DNA of 64,000 nucleotides from Akkermansia sp. (GCA_022787425.1 JALFWB010000006.1:23528-87527), one strand, 5' to 3'; numbered from the stretch's first letter, positions 8,442 through 17,816 are shown. Made by a program: numbers and translations. Notes: a model not told the origin generated them from the sequence alone.

Positions 8442-9371
8442 GTGAAAACCCCATGCAATATCCTGCGCCGGGGGGGACGCTTCTTTCCGCGAGCCCTGCG
8501 CCTCCTGCTGCTCCGCCGTTACATGGCCCGCCACTGCTACCCCTGTGCGGATGCCTGGGCCCCGGGGGAGTCGGAGGAATTCTGCTTTACCAATGCGAGC
8601 GAGCAGAGCCCCCTGCGCCTGCGCGGCTGGGTACATCGACCGGAGGGGAAGGCGGTGGGTACCGTGTTTCTGCTGCATGGCTTTCTGAGCTGTGCTGCCG
8701 CTAAAATCAAGGAAGCACGCTTGTTTTCCTGCGAATGCGGTCTGGCCTGCGTGGCTTGGGACGCCCGCGCCCACGGACGCAGCGATGCCGCCGTGCCCAC
8801 CTTCGGCCCGCAGGAGGTGGGCGATGTGAGTGCCGCTCTGGAGAAGGCTGAGGCCATGGGCCTGCCACGCCCCTTCATCCTTTACGGTACATCCATGGGC
8901 GGCATGGTGGCACGCTGTGCAGCTCGTTGTCTGCCACGAATAGCAGGCGTGATCACCTCCCATGCCCCCGGGAGCCTGCGTGACCTGCTGGAGCTGACAC
9001 CCATGACGCCGATGGAGCGTGTGCTGCTGCGGGATGTGTTTCTCTACGGCGAATACGGATGCGAAATCGAGGACTGCGGCGACCCCGCCAACATGCCCGT
9101 GCAGCGCGGTTGCAACCCCTTTGTGCTGGCTATTTCCGGGGAGAAAGATTGCTACTGTGAGGAGCGTATGCGCGCAGGATTCCTCACTTGGCCGGGGGAA
9201 AAGGCCTACAATGTCTTCCCGAGTGAAACGAAAGCCCGCTGCATCCGTTATGTGTTTCCCCATACCGGGCATCCCGGAGGACCGGACCCCATCAGCTACG
9301 ATCAACCTGAGTATCCACGTCTGCTGAAGGAGGCTGCAGCGCGCATCCTTGCCGAACACACGAAGCCTTAA
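8442..9371 (+). CDS. alpha/beta hydrolase fold protein
   Basis: VFLLHGF oxyanion-type HG motif and GTSMGG nucleophile elbow (GxSxG). Start uncertain: the ATG at 8433 overlaps a TTGCAC-18-TACGAT promoter, the in-frame GTG 8442 lies 7 nt after the -10, and ATG 8523 is another option. Confidence 0.7.
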   Translation: MKTPCNILRRGGRFFPRALRLLLLRRYMARHCYPCADAWAPGESEEFCFTNASEQSPLRLRGWVHRPEGKAVGTVFLLHGFLSCAAAKIKEARLFSCECGLACVAWDARAHGRSDAAVPTFGPQEVGDVSAALEKAEAMGLPRPFILYGTSMGGMVARCAARCLPRIAGVITSHAPGSLRDLLELTPMTPMERVLLRDVFLYGEYGCEIEDCGDPANMPVQRGCNPFVLAISGEKDCYCEERMRAGFLTWPGEKAYNVFPSETKARCIRYVFPHTGHPGGPDPISYDQPEYPRLLKEAAARILAEHTKP

Positions 9372-10141
9372 TCGTTCTCTTCTAAGGCCTTACAAATGGG
9401 TAGAAGGCCGTTCCAAGCCGTCACCGCACCGCTGATGCCGTCCGGCGCGCTCGGAGTGTACAGGAAGCGACCGCCGGCGGACTCCAAGATGAGACGAGCC
9501 GCCGCAAAATCCCACAAATTGATGCGGTTCTCCACATAGGCATCCATGCGACCTGCCGCGATATAGCAAAGCGAGAGTGCTGCCGAGCCGAGGATGCGGA
9601 TCTTGCGCACACGGCGGGAAATGCGCGCGAACCTGCGTATCCCGGCCTCGCCGGATCCGTCATGCGTGCCGTGCCCGATGAAGACCACGGCCTGTGACAA
9701 GTCGGCCCGCTCAGAGACCCGGATGGGGCTGCCGTTCAATGTTGCGGCTTGCCCCGCAAGGGCGCAGAAGCACTCGCGCTGCATGGGGTCATACACGCAG
9801 CCCAGAAGCGGTTTGCCATCTTCGTACAGGGCAATACTGACGCAGAATATCGGTAGGCCGTAGAAATAGTTGACCGTGCCATCCAGCGGGTCGATGATCC
9901 ACACCCGTCCGCCGGACCGGATATCCCCCACTGTTCCTTCCTCTCCCAACACGGAGTCGTGCGGAAAATGCCGGAGCAGGTGGCGGACGATGAGGCTCTG
10001 CGTCTCCCGATCCAACTGCAGTTTGATGTCGTGCGCCGACTCTGCTTCAATCTGCTTGAGCGATGCGAAACGCGCCGCAAGAAATACACCTGCCTCTTGG
10101 GCAGCTTCTCTTGCTATCCGGAGTTGGTCGAACGTGTTCAT
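9368..10141 (-). CDS. inositol monophosphatase family protein
   Basis: 257 aa. GEEG and WIIDPLDGTVNY motifs of the IMPase/SuhB family. ATGA overlap with the upstream PBP-like gene. Confidence 0.85.
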   Translation of the reverse strand: MNTFDQLRIAREAAQEAGVFLAARFASLKQIEAESAHDIKLQLDRETQSLIVRHLLRHFPHDSVLGEEGTVGDIRSGGRVWIIDPLDGTVNYFYGLPIFCVSIALYEDGKPLLGCVYDPMQRECFCALAGQAATLNGSPIRVSERADLSQAVVFIGHGTHDGSGEAGIRRFARISRRVRKIRILGSAALSLCYIAAGRMDAYVENRINLWDFAAARLILESAGGRFLYTPSAPDGISGAVTAWNGLLPICKALEEND

Positions 10142-12009
10142 TGTTCCTTCTTCATGAGCTCCCTTGTCTTGGCCAACACGTCCTGAGCCATGAAGTCTGA
10201 GGCGCGTATGGCAAGGTTACGCAGGGATCTGTCCTCCAGCAGGGAATTGTTATCATCAAAGCCCATCCACACGAACACCGCTGCCGCTTTATCCCGGAAG
10301 ATCATCGTCCAGATGCCGCTGTTTTCCTCAAGCGTTACGGACATTTTGACCGGCTTGCCTTCCTCGGAGATAAAGGGAGCCATGTCCGCCACGGAAGAGG
10401 CACTTTCCCGGCGGATGTACTCGGGGGCCTTTTCCTGCGGCGCGGCGTACACCATGCTGCCGCGCCTGTTCCAGATGCTGCGGAGGAACGAGAGTCGGTA
10501 GCCACGACCACGATTCTGGATATCAAATAAGAGACGCGCCAGATCCACTGCCTTCACAGAGAATTTTCCGTTGTACAGGTCGTTCTCCCGCTCCGCCGGC
10601 GGCAGCTCGGCATCCAAGCCCAGGGACTCGTAGAACGCCTTTACGACACTGTAACCGACGTGGGTGCCGGTTTGCACGGGGTCATCCACCACGATGTAGT
10701 TGGAAGAACCGGGTTGGCTGGCGGCACAGAAGAGCAGGGGGGAGGCCGCCCGACCGGGAACGAAGCGTCTCTGCCAGCGGTCCACGCCATCCTGCGCGCT
10801 GCGGCCTCCCACCACGGCTAACACATTACCCCGCGAACCGTTGCGTGCATCCACCACCAACACGCAGCACTGGAGCAGCCCCTTCAAATCATTGCTTTCG
10901 TTGCGGGCCTTCAGACCGGCAGGGCGCCGCGCCGCAAGGAAAAACTTGCGCTGTACTTCTGCCACCTCTTTTTCCTTACTCAGGAAAGGCTCCCACTCCT
11001 CCGGCAGCCGACACTTCATCTCCACGGCAGCAGCAGCCGTCTCTGCCGCTGTCTCTACATATTGCTGAAGAGGCAGTAGAATGTTAGAAACAACAGAGAC
11101 ACCTGCACTTCCGTCCTCCAGTTCCCCCTGCAGAGCCTCCAGCTCACGGTGCGCCCACATGGTGGCGTAGGAGCACTCCATGGCGGCACTTCCACCCTTG
11201 CCCTCAGCACGCAGGGTGATGGGTGTCTCCCGCGCCGCTGCTGCCTCTTTTTCCCCCAGCATTCCGTTCTCCGTCATCCGGGTCAGCACTTCATTCTTCA
11301 CGGTCTCGGCCCGCTTTTTGTCCACCACCGGGTTGTATATGGACGGCCCGCGCACGATTCCTGCCAAGACGGCAGACTCTACCAAATCCAGCTGTTGAAC
11401 CGGCTTACCGAAGTAGTAATGCGCTGCCGCCGAGATACCGTAACAGTTGCAGCCGAAATAGATGCGGTTGAGGTACTCGGTGAAAATCGTTTGCTTGTCG
11501 AAATTGCGTTCGATGCGCTGGGCCAGCAGGGCCTCCAGCATCTTGCGATCCATGTTTTTCCCCTGCAGGTTGAACACGTTACGCGTAAGCTGCATGGTGA
11601 TGGTGGATGCTCCCTGTTCATACTTGAGCGCGGTGGCATTGCGCCAGATCGAGCGCAGCACGGAGCTCCAGACAATGCCGCCGTGGGTGAAGAAGTTTTC
11701 GTCCTCCCGCGCAACGAAGGCATTGATCAGATGCCGGGGCAACTGCTCCCAAGTTACCGGCATGGCTGCATCATCATGCAGTGCGGCAACGGGCCGGTTT
11801 CCTGCATCATATAACAAACTCTCCGTGCGGTGAATCCGCAGCTCGTTCAAGTCATACTCCATCGCACGATAGGAATAAATACCCAATACCGTGAGCACGA
11901 AGATACCCAGAACTCCGGCCAACACAGCAAGCAAGGCCAGTTTGTTCCTGCCGAGAGTCAGCAGGCTGTACCAGTGCTTGCGTCTATTGCCGGAGTTGAA
12001 ATTGAACAT
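10138..12009 (-). CDS. class A PBP-like peptidoglycan glycosyltransferase (GT51) with degenerate transpeptidase module
   Basis: N-terminal TM anchor. GT51 motifs REDENFFTHGG, GASTITMQL and RKMLEALLAQRIE. The C-terminal half is homologous to a PBP transpeptidase domain but lacks the SxxK/KTG motifs at the expected positions (see findings). Confidence 0.85.
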   Translation of the reverse strand: MFNFNSGNRRKHWYSLLTLGRNKLALLAVLAGVLGIFVLTVLGIYSYRAMEYDLNELRIHRTESLLYDAGNRPVAALHDDAAMPVTWEQLPRHLINAFVAREDENFFTHGGIVWSSVLRSIWRNATALKYEQGASTITMQLTRNVFNLQGKNMDRKMLEALLAQRIERNFDKQTIFTEYLNRIYFGCNCYGISAAAHYYFGKPVQQLDLVESAVLAGIVRGPSIYNPVVDKKRAETVKNEVLTRMTENGMLGEKEAAAARETPITLRAEGKGGSAAMECSYATMWAHRELEALQGELEDGSAGVSVVSNILLPLQQYVETAAETAAAAVEMKCRLPEEWEPFLSKEKEVAEVQRKFFLAARRPAGLKARNESNDLKGLLQCCVLVVDARNGSRGNVLAVVGGRSAQDGVDRWQRRFVPGRAASPLLFCAASQPGSSNYIVVDDPVQTGTHVGYSVVKAFYESLGLDAELPPAERENDLYNGKFSVKAVDLARLLFDIQNRGRGYRLSFLRSIWNRRGSMVYAAPQEKAPEYIRRESASSVADMAPFISEEGKPVKMSVTLEENSGIWTMIFRDKAAAVFVWMGFDDNNSLLEDRSLRNLAIRASDFMAQDVLAKTRELMKKEQ

Positions 12010-12023
12010 GGCTGCGGTTCAGG

Positions 12024-14468
12024 TCACTCCTTGCGCTCCTCCATGAAACGCGTGACGGCAGGGGGCGGATTCCAGCCGGGGAAGCGCGTCTTGAGCGTCT
12101 CCTCGTAACCGGCAGCCTCACCGGGTTTGCCGCCTTTCTTCAGGGCACAGGTAATTTTATACAGGGAAAGAGGCTGCAGATCCTTGTCGCTCACCACGTT
12201 GGCAACGCGCCCGTATGTCTTCGCGGCATCGTCATACTGCTTCATCACATAGTGCGCATCGCCCAAGGTGATGAAGACCGCAGACTTGACGGGACCGTCG
12301 ATGCCCAAGGCAATGGCGGCTTCGCAGACCTTTTGGGCCTCCTCTGCACGGCCCAGCCCGATGAGCAGCTGCGCGCGGTCGCGCATGCCTTCCGCCTTGC
12401 GATAGGGTTGCTGTTCCATATCGAGGTAATGGCCGGAGGCCTCCAGCCCCTGTTCGTAGAGATGCAGCTCCAAGCGGGCCTTGGCCAAGGTTTTCCACAC
12501 CAGGGGTTCCACCTTCGGGCGTGTTTGCTCCTTGCCCTCAGCATCCGTGTACTTCTCCCGACCCTCGCGGGCCAAGGAGTCGCTCATATACTTGTTAGCC
12601 GAGATGTAATCGCGGGCCTGGAAACAGCTCCACCCGGCCCAGCGCAGAATCGCCGGCGGCAGGGCCTTGTAGGAGGCCTCGTTTGTCTTCTCCAGCTCGC
12701 GCAGAGACTCCGTGAGCTTGGGGGCGTTCTGCAGTTTGAAATAACACTGCACCAAACGGAGCCCGACCACGTTGGCGTACTGGCCCGGCTCTTGCGTGCG
12801 AGCCTCTTCGAAGGAGACAACGGCCTTGGCGGGGTCGGTCTCATACAGGGCACAGGCTATATTATAATGAGCCTCTGCCAGCGCGATGGGTTTGACGCGT
12901 CCGCCGCATTTGATGAGCCCGGTGTAGTACTTAACCATTTCCGCATTCTTCTGCACGCGAGAGCAGGCTTGGGCCGCGCTCTGCCAACAAACCGGAGCTG
13001 CGGAGGAATCCGGGAATTCCTTAATGACTCGGTCAAAATCCTTGAGAGCCTGCGGAACCTTGTTATCCTTCACCAGACAACGGCCGCGCAGAGCCAGTGC
13101 ATCGGCCAGCCGCTTGTCCGTCGGGTAGGTCGCAATAAAGTGATCCAGCGTGCCGATGGGGTCTCCCAGCTCGGCCTGAGCAGTCGTCCAAGCCTTCTTA
13201 TAGGTAGCATCGGCCCGCACACTATCCGGAAGGCGGTCGGGGTTCAGAACATCGAATTGTCGGGCGGAGTTCTTCACATCCGCCAGCATCAGGCGGTCCG
13301 CATACATGTAGCGCACCAAGTGTACGCAGGGCAGGTCGGCGGTCACGGCTCCTTCCTTGGCGTAGGTGCTGAGGTAATGCTGCGCAACGGTTACGAAGCG
13401 CGGGCTGCGCATCTGCTGCACACACACCACGCGCCGGTAGCCTGCATCCGCTGCCATCTCAGTCCGGGGCTTGGCCTCCTCCGCCACGGCAAACCATTCC
13501 GCAGCTCGCTCGTAATCCTTCAGCTCCATGTAGCTTTGCCCCACGATGAGGGCTCGGACGGCCTCTTTGTTCTTGTCATCCAAGCTTGTATGCTTCTGCT
13601 GGATGTTGCTGACGACCTCCGCGTATTTCTGCGCTTTGTAGAGCTGAGTGATAGTCTCAATCTGCGCCTCGGCAGCGTACTTCTCCATACCGGGGATTAA
13701 CGTGAGCCTGTTGTACAGGTTTTGAGACTCGGTGGATTTCCCGAGGCGGGAGGCCAAACGCGCCGCCTGAAGTGTAGCCTTGCCGCGGATGGAGTCATCC
13801 GGCCGGTGGCGGTTGAGGAGGTTCAGGAAGAGCCCGTAGGCTTCCTCGTCCTTGCCGTCCTCTACCTTCATTTGCGCCAAGGCAAAGATGGAGGCCTGCA
13901 TGATGTCCGGGGCCACGCCCGGCATCACCATGATGCTGCGGAATCGCGACTCTGCTTCGGTGCGGTTGTTGAAGGCCAGCTCCACGATGCCGAGGCGGTA
14001 TATAGCCGCATGCTTCATGTTGTCTCGCTTGGTCTCCCTTAACACGATGAGGAAGTAGCCCCGGGCTGTATCATTCAGGTTGCGGGCAGCTGCCTGAGTG
14101 GCCAATTTATAGGCAGCGGCGGCGGCGTATTCGCCGTGAGTTTCATTGGCCAGTTTAGCCAGACTCTTGTTGGCAGCAGCGTCCTCGCCGGCCTCTGATT
14201 GGCAGACAGCGCACTGGTAGAGAGCCTTTTGATAACGAGATGACTTGGGAAAGCGCTTCAGGAAATCCGCGAACAGCTCTCCTGCGCGCTTCATGGCGGA
14301 TCGACGGGAGACGGAGTCCAGCTCCGGGCTGCGTGCCTGGGTGTACAGTTGCTCGGCAATGGCATAGGTATCCGCCTCCTCATTCGTTACCAACGGGCGG
14401 GAATCCGCGTTCTGCGCCCAAGCCGACGCACTCGCCAACAATAAAGCCGGTATCAATACTTGTTTCAT
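12024..14468 (-). CDS. large secreted tetratricopeptide-repeat protein
   Basis: 814 aa. Signal peptide MKQVLIPALLLASASAWAQ. Repeated A..Y..A...G.....A TPR-like 34-aa periodicity throughout. ATGA overlap with the upstream ExbD-like gene. Confidence 0.8.
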   Translation of the reverse strand: MKQVLIPALLLASASAWAQNADSRPLVTNEEADTYAIAEQLYTQARSPELDSVSRRSAMKRAGELFADFLKRFPKSSRYQKALYQCAVCQSEAGEDAAANKSLAKLANETHGEYAAAAAYKLATQAAARNLNDTARGYFLIVLRETKRDNMKHAAIYRLGIVELAFNNRTEAESRFRSIMVMPGVAPDIMQASIFALAQMKVEDGKDEEAYGLFLNLLNRHRPDDSIRGKATLQAARLASRLGKSTESQNLYNRLTLIPGMEKYAAEAQIETITQLYKAQKYAEVVSNIQQKHTSLDDKNKEAVRALIVGQSYMELKDYERAAEWFAVAEEAKPRTEMAADAGYRRVVCVQQMRSPRFVTVAQHYLSTYAKEGAVTADLPCVHLVRYMYADRLMLADVKNSARQFDVLNPDRLPDSVRADATYKKAWTTAQAELGDPIGTLDHFIATYPTDKRLADALALRGRCLVKDNKVPQALKDFDRVIKEFPDSSAAPVCWQSAAQACSRVQKNAEMVKYYTGLIKCGGRVKPIALAEAHYNIACALYETDPAKAVVSFEEARTQEPGQYANVVGLRLVQCYFKLQNAPKLTESLRELEKTNEASYKALPPAILRWAGWSCFQARDYISANKYMSDSLAREGREKYTDAEGKEQTRPKVEPLVWKTLAKARLELHLYEQGLEASGHYLDMEQQPYRKAEGMRDRAQLLIGLGRAEEAQKVCEAAIALGIDGPVKSAVFITLGDAHYVMKQYDDAAKTYGRVANVVSDKDLQPLSLYKITCALKKGGKPGEAAGYEETLKTRFPGWNPPPAVTRFMEERKE

Positions 14469-14839
14469 TGTTCTTGCAGATTAAAGTTTGCGCTGAAAAT
14501 CAGATTGGTGAATCCCGCTTCGATACAAATGCTGATAAGCTTCATCCGCTCGTGCGGCATCTCTCCCACCCCACGAATGCGCACACAGCGGTCGGGATTC
14601 TGCTGAGCCAAAGGCTTCAGCAGCATGGGTAACTCCTCAAGTGTACACTCCCGGCCGTCTACCCGGATACCGATGCGGTCACCTTCCTTTCTGACATCAA
14701 GAACGAGCTCATTCTCGATAAGCTCAGGAGCTTCGGCCTTCGGCATCACCGGAGGCTCCCCCTCCACAGGCAGTAGAGAGAACGAGAACAGAGCCAAGGG
14801 CGAAATCAGCAACATCGTCAGCGAAAAAGGGCACAGCAT
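14465..14839 (-). CDS. ExbD/TolR-like protein (second copy, divergent)
   Basis: 124 aa with an N-terminal TM helix. The C-terminal part VRIRGVGEMPHERMKLISICIEAGFTNLIFS parallels the ExbD periplasmic domain of the adjacent gene. Confidence 0.6.
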   Translation of the reverse strand: MLCPFSLTMLLISPLALFSFSLLPVEGEPPVMPKAEAPELIENELVLDVRKEGDRIGIRVDGRECTLEELPMLLKPLAQQNPDRCVRIRGVGEMPHERMKLISICIEAGFTNLIFSANFNLQEQ

Positions 14840-14852
14840 AACACGGCAAAGA

Positions 14853-15284
14853 CTACTGCCCTTCTTTGGGCATTTGTTTGGAGAAACTTACTTGGCTGAT
14901 ACCGGCTTTGGTGCAGGTTGTAATAACGTCGGCCATCATCTGCCAAGTCATCTGAGCATCCCCGCGGATGCGCACGGGCTGGTCGGGATTCAGGCGCACC
15001 ATGCGCTCCAGCATCGCGCCCAGCTTCTCGCGGGTGAACTCCTCGCGGTCCACCGTAATAATCAACTCGCCGTTATCTTCCCGTGCATTGATGATAATTT
15101 CATCAATTGCGCGGGATGTCTCCTCCGTGGTTTTGGGAGCCGTGGGCACCTTTACCTTCAGGTCCTGCTCGTTGAGAATAAACTTGGTGGTTACCACAAA
15201 GAAAATGAGCAGCAGGAAGACGATATCCAGCATCGGGGCGAGCTGGAACCCCACGGACTCCGGGGTTTTTACGATCAATTTCAT
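14853..15284 (-). CDS. ExbD/TolR family biopolymer transport protein
   Basis: 143 aa. LAPMLDIVFLLLIFFVV TM segment and VRIRGDAQMTWQMMADVITTCTKAGISQVSF, both typical of ExbD/TolR. Confidence 0.85.
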   Translation of the reverse strand: MKLIVKTPESVGFQLAPMLDIVFLLLIFFVVTTKFILNEQDLKVKVPTAPKTTEETSRAIDEIIINAREDNGELIITVDREEFTREKLGAMLERMVRLNPDQPVRIRGDAQMTWQMMADVITTCTKAGISQVSFSKQMPKEGQ

Positions 15285-15290
15285 GCGGAC

Positions 15291-16040
15291 TTAATCGCGG
15301 TAAATCTCTGAAGTGCTGTTGTCCACGCGCTCGATGCCGAGGCGTTCCTCACGGTCCATCTGAACGGAGATAACAGTCAGGATATGGGTGATGGCAACCT
15401 CCATATCCGTAATGCTCTTCTGAATGCGGCTGCGGAAGAAGAAGTAGGAAGCCATGCAGGGAATGGCCAGCACCAAGCCGCCGGCGGTGGTCACCATAGC
15501 CTCGTAAATACCATTGGCCATCTGCATCTGCTTTACGCCCTCGAAGTTACCATTAGCCATCTCGTAAAAGGTCTTCATCATACCCAGCACCGTACCGAGC
15601 AGACCGAGCATGGGGGCGATGGTGCCGATGTCGGACAGCCAGCTGATCTGCCGGGTAAGCTGGTTGGCTTGGCGGGAACCCTCGGCGGAGGCTATCTCCC
15701 GTACTTCCTCTGTGGTTGCGCGGGGATTGCGGCGCAGGAACATGATGATGACCTGCACGGTGAGGGCAAAACAGGAGTTGTCACGCTCGCACATCTCCAG
15801 CAGGGCCGAATAATCCTTGCGCCGAATGCCGCTCTCTACCTGCGTCACCATGCGGCTGGGTAAGATGGCAGAGGCGCGTGTAGTCCACAGGCAGATGAAG
15901 AAAATCATGGCTGCAATCACAGAAAGACCGCAAAGCGGGTACATCAGATTGCCGCCCTTATCGAAGAGATCCGCAACATTACCCATGCTGCCGGCATCGG
16001 CAAGAAGCATATGGCTCGACTCAAAGAACAGATTTTGCAT
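15291..16040 (-). CDS. MotA/TolQ/ExbB proton-channel protein
   Basis: Three TM helices and the conserved C-terminal block IAPMLGLLGTVLGMMKTF...AMVTTAGGLVLAIP. Start set at ATG 16040, 10 nt after TACAAT of a TTGAAT-17-TACAAT promoter (16051-16079). The track start at 16079 is a TTG inside the -35 box. Confidence 0.85.
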   Translation of the reverse strand: MQNLFFESSHMLLADAGSMGNVADLFDKGGNLMYPLCGLSVIAAMIFFICLWTTRASAILPSRMVTQVESGIRRKDYSALLEMCERDNSCFALTVQVIIMFLRRNPRATTEEVREIASAEGSRQANQLTRQISWLSDIGTIAPMLGLLGTVLGMMKTFYEMANGNFEGVKQMQMANGIYEAMVTTAGGLVLAIPCMASYFFFRSRIQKSITDMEVAITHILTVISVQMDREERLGIERVDNSTSEIYRD

Positions 16041-16050
16041 AGACGGGCGC

Positions 16051-16079
16051 ATTGTATCGCATTTCCGTCGTTCATTCAA
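16051..16079 (-). promoter_or_regulatory. promoter of the Tol-like/TPR/PBP operon: TTGAAT-17-TACAAT, ATG 10 nt downstream
   Basis: -35 at 16079-16074, -10 at 16056-16051, ATG at 16040. Confidence 0.6.
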
Positions 16080-16114
16080 GCCCTTTGGCTGTCTGTACCC
16101 TTTTTTTTGTGACT

Positions 16115-16840
16115 TCAGCTCTCGTCTCGGCTGTCGCGTATGGGAAAATCGTAGCTGTACAGGGGTGCGTCCGACTCAAAGTAATAGTGCCACCATTCCT
16201 TGGAATAATTGACGAACCCGACGCGGTGCAGCGCTGCGCGGAGTTTCCGGCGATTCGCCTGCTGAGTCGGAGAGATTCCGGGGTAGTCGGTCGCGGAGCT
16301 CTCATCCAGCAGGTCGTGGTGCCCTCCCATGTCCAAGGGGAATCCGGTTTTCAAATCACAGAGGGTAATGTCTACCGCTATGCACCAGCTGTGCTCGGAT
16401 ATGTCTCGAATATATTTCCCCTCATAGATGCCTTTCTTGGTGATGTTGGGATAGTATTTGCTCCGCATCCGGGCGTCCGGTGTCTTGGACCACTCGTAAA
16501 AATCGCGCATGGCTCGGGCGGGGCGGTAGGCATCATACACCAGCAGCCCCAGGCCTTCTTTGGCCAATTCCCTCGCTGCTTTGGCCAGAGCCCGCGCCGC
16601 ATCCAGACGCAGGATTGCCCGGTGTCCCTCATATCCCGCCAAGGGACGCCCTACGAAGTTATCATATCCCGCATAGCGCAGATCCGTTCTCAAGCCCGGA
16701 ACGATTGCGTCTGCGTAACAGAGCTTCTGCTTGACACCGGCGCAGAACACGGTCCCCGGCTTCTCCGTCGCGCATCCCATCGTCAGCATCGCGAGTGCCG
16801 CACAGGCCATAACATTCTGCATCCTCCTCATGCGCGCCAT
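16115..16840 (-). CDS. ddpX: D-alanyl-D-alanine dipeptidase (VanX/DdpX, peptidase M15D), predicted lipoprotein
   Basis: YDAYRP, YYPNI, SEHSWCIAVDITL (His/Asp zinc ligands) and EWWHY motifs parallel VanX. N-terminus MARMRRMQNVMACAALAMLTMGC has a lipobox. The alternative upstream ATG 16873 would add 11 aa. Confidence 0.8.
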   Translation of the reverse strand: MARMRRMQNVMACAALAMLTMGCATEKPGTVFCAGVKQKLCYADAIVPGLRTDLRYAGYDNFVGRPLAGYEGHRAILRLDAARALAKAARELAKEGLGLLVYDAYRPARAMRDFYEWSKTPDARMRSKYYPNITKKGIYEGKYIRDISEHSWCIAVDITLCDLKTGFPLDMGGHHDLLDESSATDYPGISPTQQANRRKLRAALHRVGFVNYSKEWWHYYFESDAPLYSYDFPIRDSRDES

Positions 16841-16877
16841 TATATCGCCACCCTCCGCAGAAATCAAGCCCATACTC

Positions 16878-17816
16878 TCAGTCCTTGGCGGATTTGGGGT
16901 CGATGGCGTCGCGGAGGCCGTCGCCGAGGAAGTTGAGGGCGAGGAGGGTGAGGCAGAAGAAGAGGGCGGGGAAGATGAGGAGCTGGGGGGTGAGTTCCAT
17001 GCGGTCGGCGCCTTCCTTGATGAGGGTTCCCCAGGAGGAGTTGGGGGAGCGGACGCCGAGGCCGATGAAGGAGAGGGTCGATTCCGTCAGCATGATACCC
17101 GGAACGGCCAACGTCGTGTAGACAACAACAGTGCCGAGGAGATTGGGGGCGATGTGGCGGAAAAGGATGGAGCAATGGCTGAGGCCGAGGGAGCGGGCGG
17201 CGAGGACAAACTCGCGGGATTTCAGCTCCATAGTCTGGGTGCGGACCATGCGGGCGAGAGTCAGCCAGCCGAGGGCACCGATGGCAAAGAAGAGCGGGAC
17301 CAAGCTGAGGAAAGGCGCAACGGATTCACGCGCCAAGCCGGTCGTCTCTACCACTGTGGCGGTCAATTCCTTGCAGGGTTCCTCAATGCTGAGGGAGAAC
17401 ACGATTACCAGCACGATAAAAGGCAGCGCAAAGAGGACATCCACCGCTCGCATCATCAGGGCATCCACTCGCCCCCCGGCGTAGCCGGAAATCAGCCCGT
17501 ACACCAGCCCGAGCACCAGCGATACCGCCGTGGCTACCAAGCCCACCAGCAGGGAGATGCGCCCCCCGCAGAGCACGCGCGCCAGCAGGTCGCGCCCCAG
17601 TTGATCCGTGCCGCAGGGGTGCGACAGGGAACATCCCGCCGCAATGTGCTGCAGGTCCGTCGCATTCGGGTCGGCGATGAAGGGGCAAAGGGGCAGCAGG
17701 AAGCAGGCAACGGTCATGAGCAGCAGGAAAATCAGCGAGCCGACAGCCGCCTTGTTGCGCAGGAGCCGCTGCCGTGCGTCCTGCCACAGAGAAGTGCCTT
17801 GTGCGTAAGTGGTCAT
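16878..17816 (-). CDS. peptide ABC transporter permease (OppC/DppC type)
   Basis: 312 aa, 6 TM, with the EAA-type loop ARSLGLSHCSILFRHIAPN typical of binding-protein-dependent permeases. Confidence 0.9.
   Translation of the reverse strand: MTTYAQGTSLWQDARQRLLRNKAAVGSLIFLLLMTVACFLLPLCPFIADPNATDLQHIAAGCSLSHPCGTDQLGRDLLARVLCGGRISLLVGLVATAVSLVLGLVYGLISGYAGGRVDALMMRAVDVLFALPFIVLVIVFSLSIEEPCKELTATVVETTGLARESVAPFLSLVPLFFAIGALGWLTLARMVRTQTMELKSREFVLAARSLGLSHCSILFRHIAPNLLGTVVVYTTLAVPGIMLTESTLSFIGLGVRSPNSSWGTLIKEGADRMELTPQLLIFPALFFCLTLLALNFLGDGLRDAIDPKSAKD

Noticed and set aside
8304-9359. 351-aa ORF on the - strand
   Set aside because: It is antisense to the alpha/beta hydrolase gene, which has HG and GxSxG motifs. 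It would also run through the feoA promoter.
12252-13700. 482-aa ORF on the + strand. The same reasoning covers 16731-18080, 32372-33580, 41193-42158, 42211-43251, 44061-45158, 53246-54442, 59668-60810, 61106-61945 and 62318-63373.
   Set aside because: All lie antisense to genes with recognisable family motifs (TPR, Opp permeases, thioesterase, Sel1, dapF, autotransporter barrel, serS, amidase, lepA). All show GC-driven low-complexity translations.
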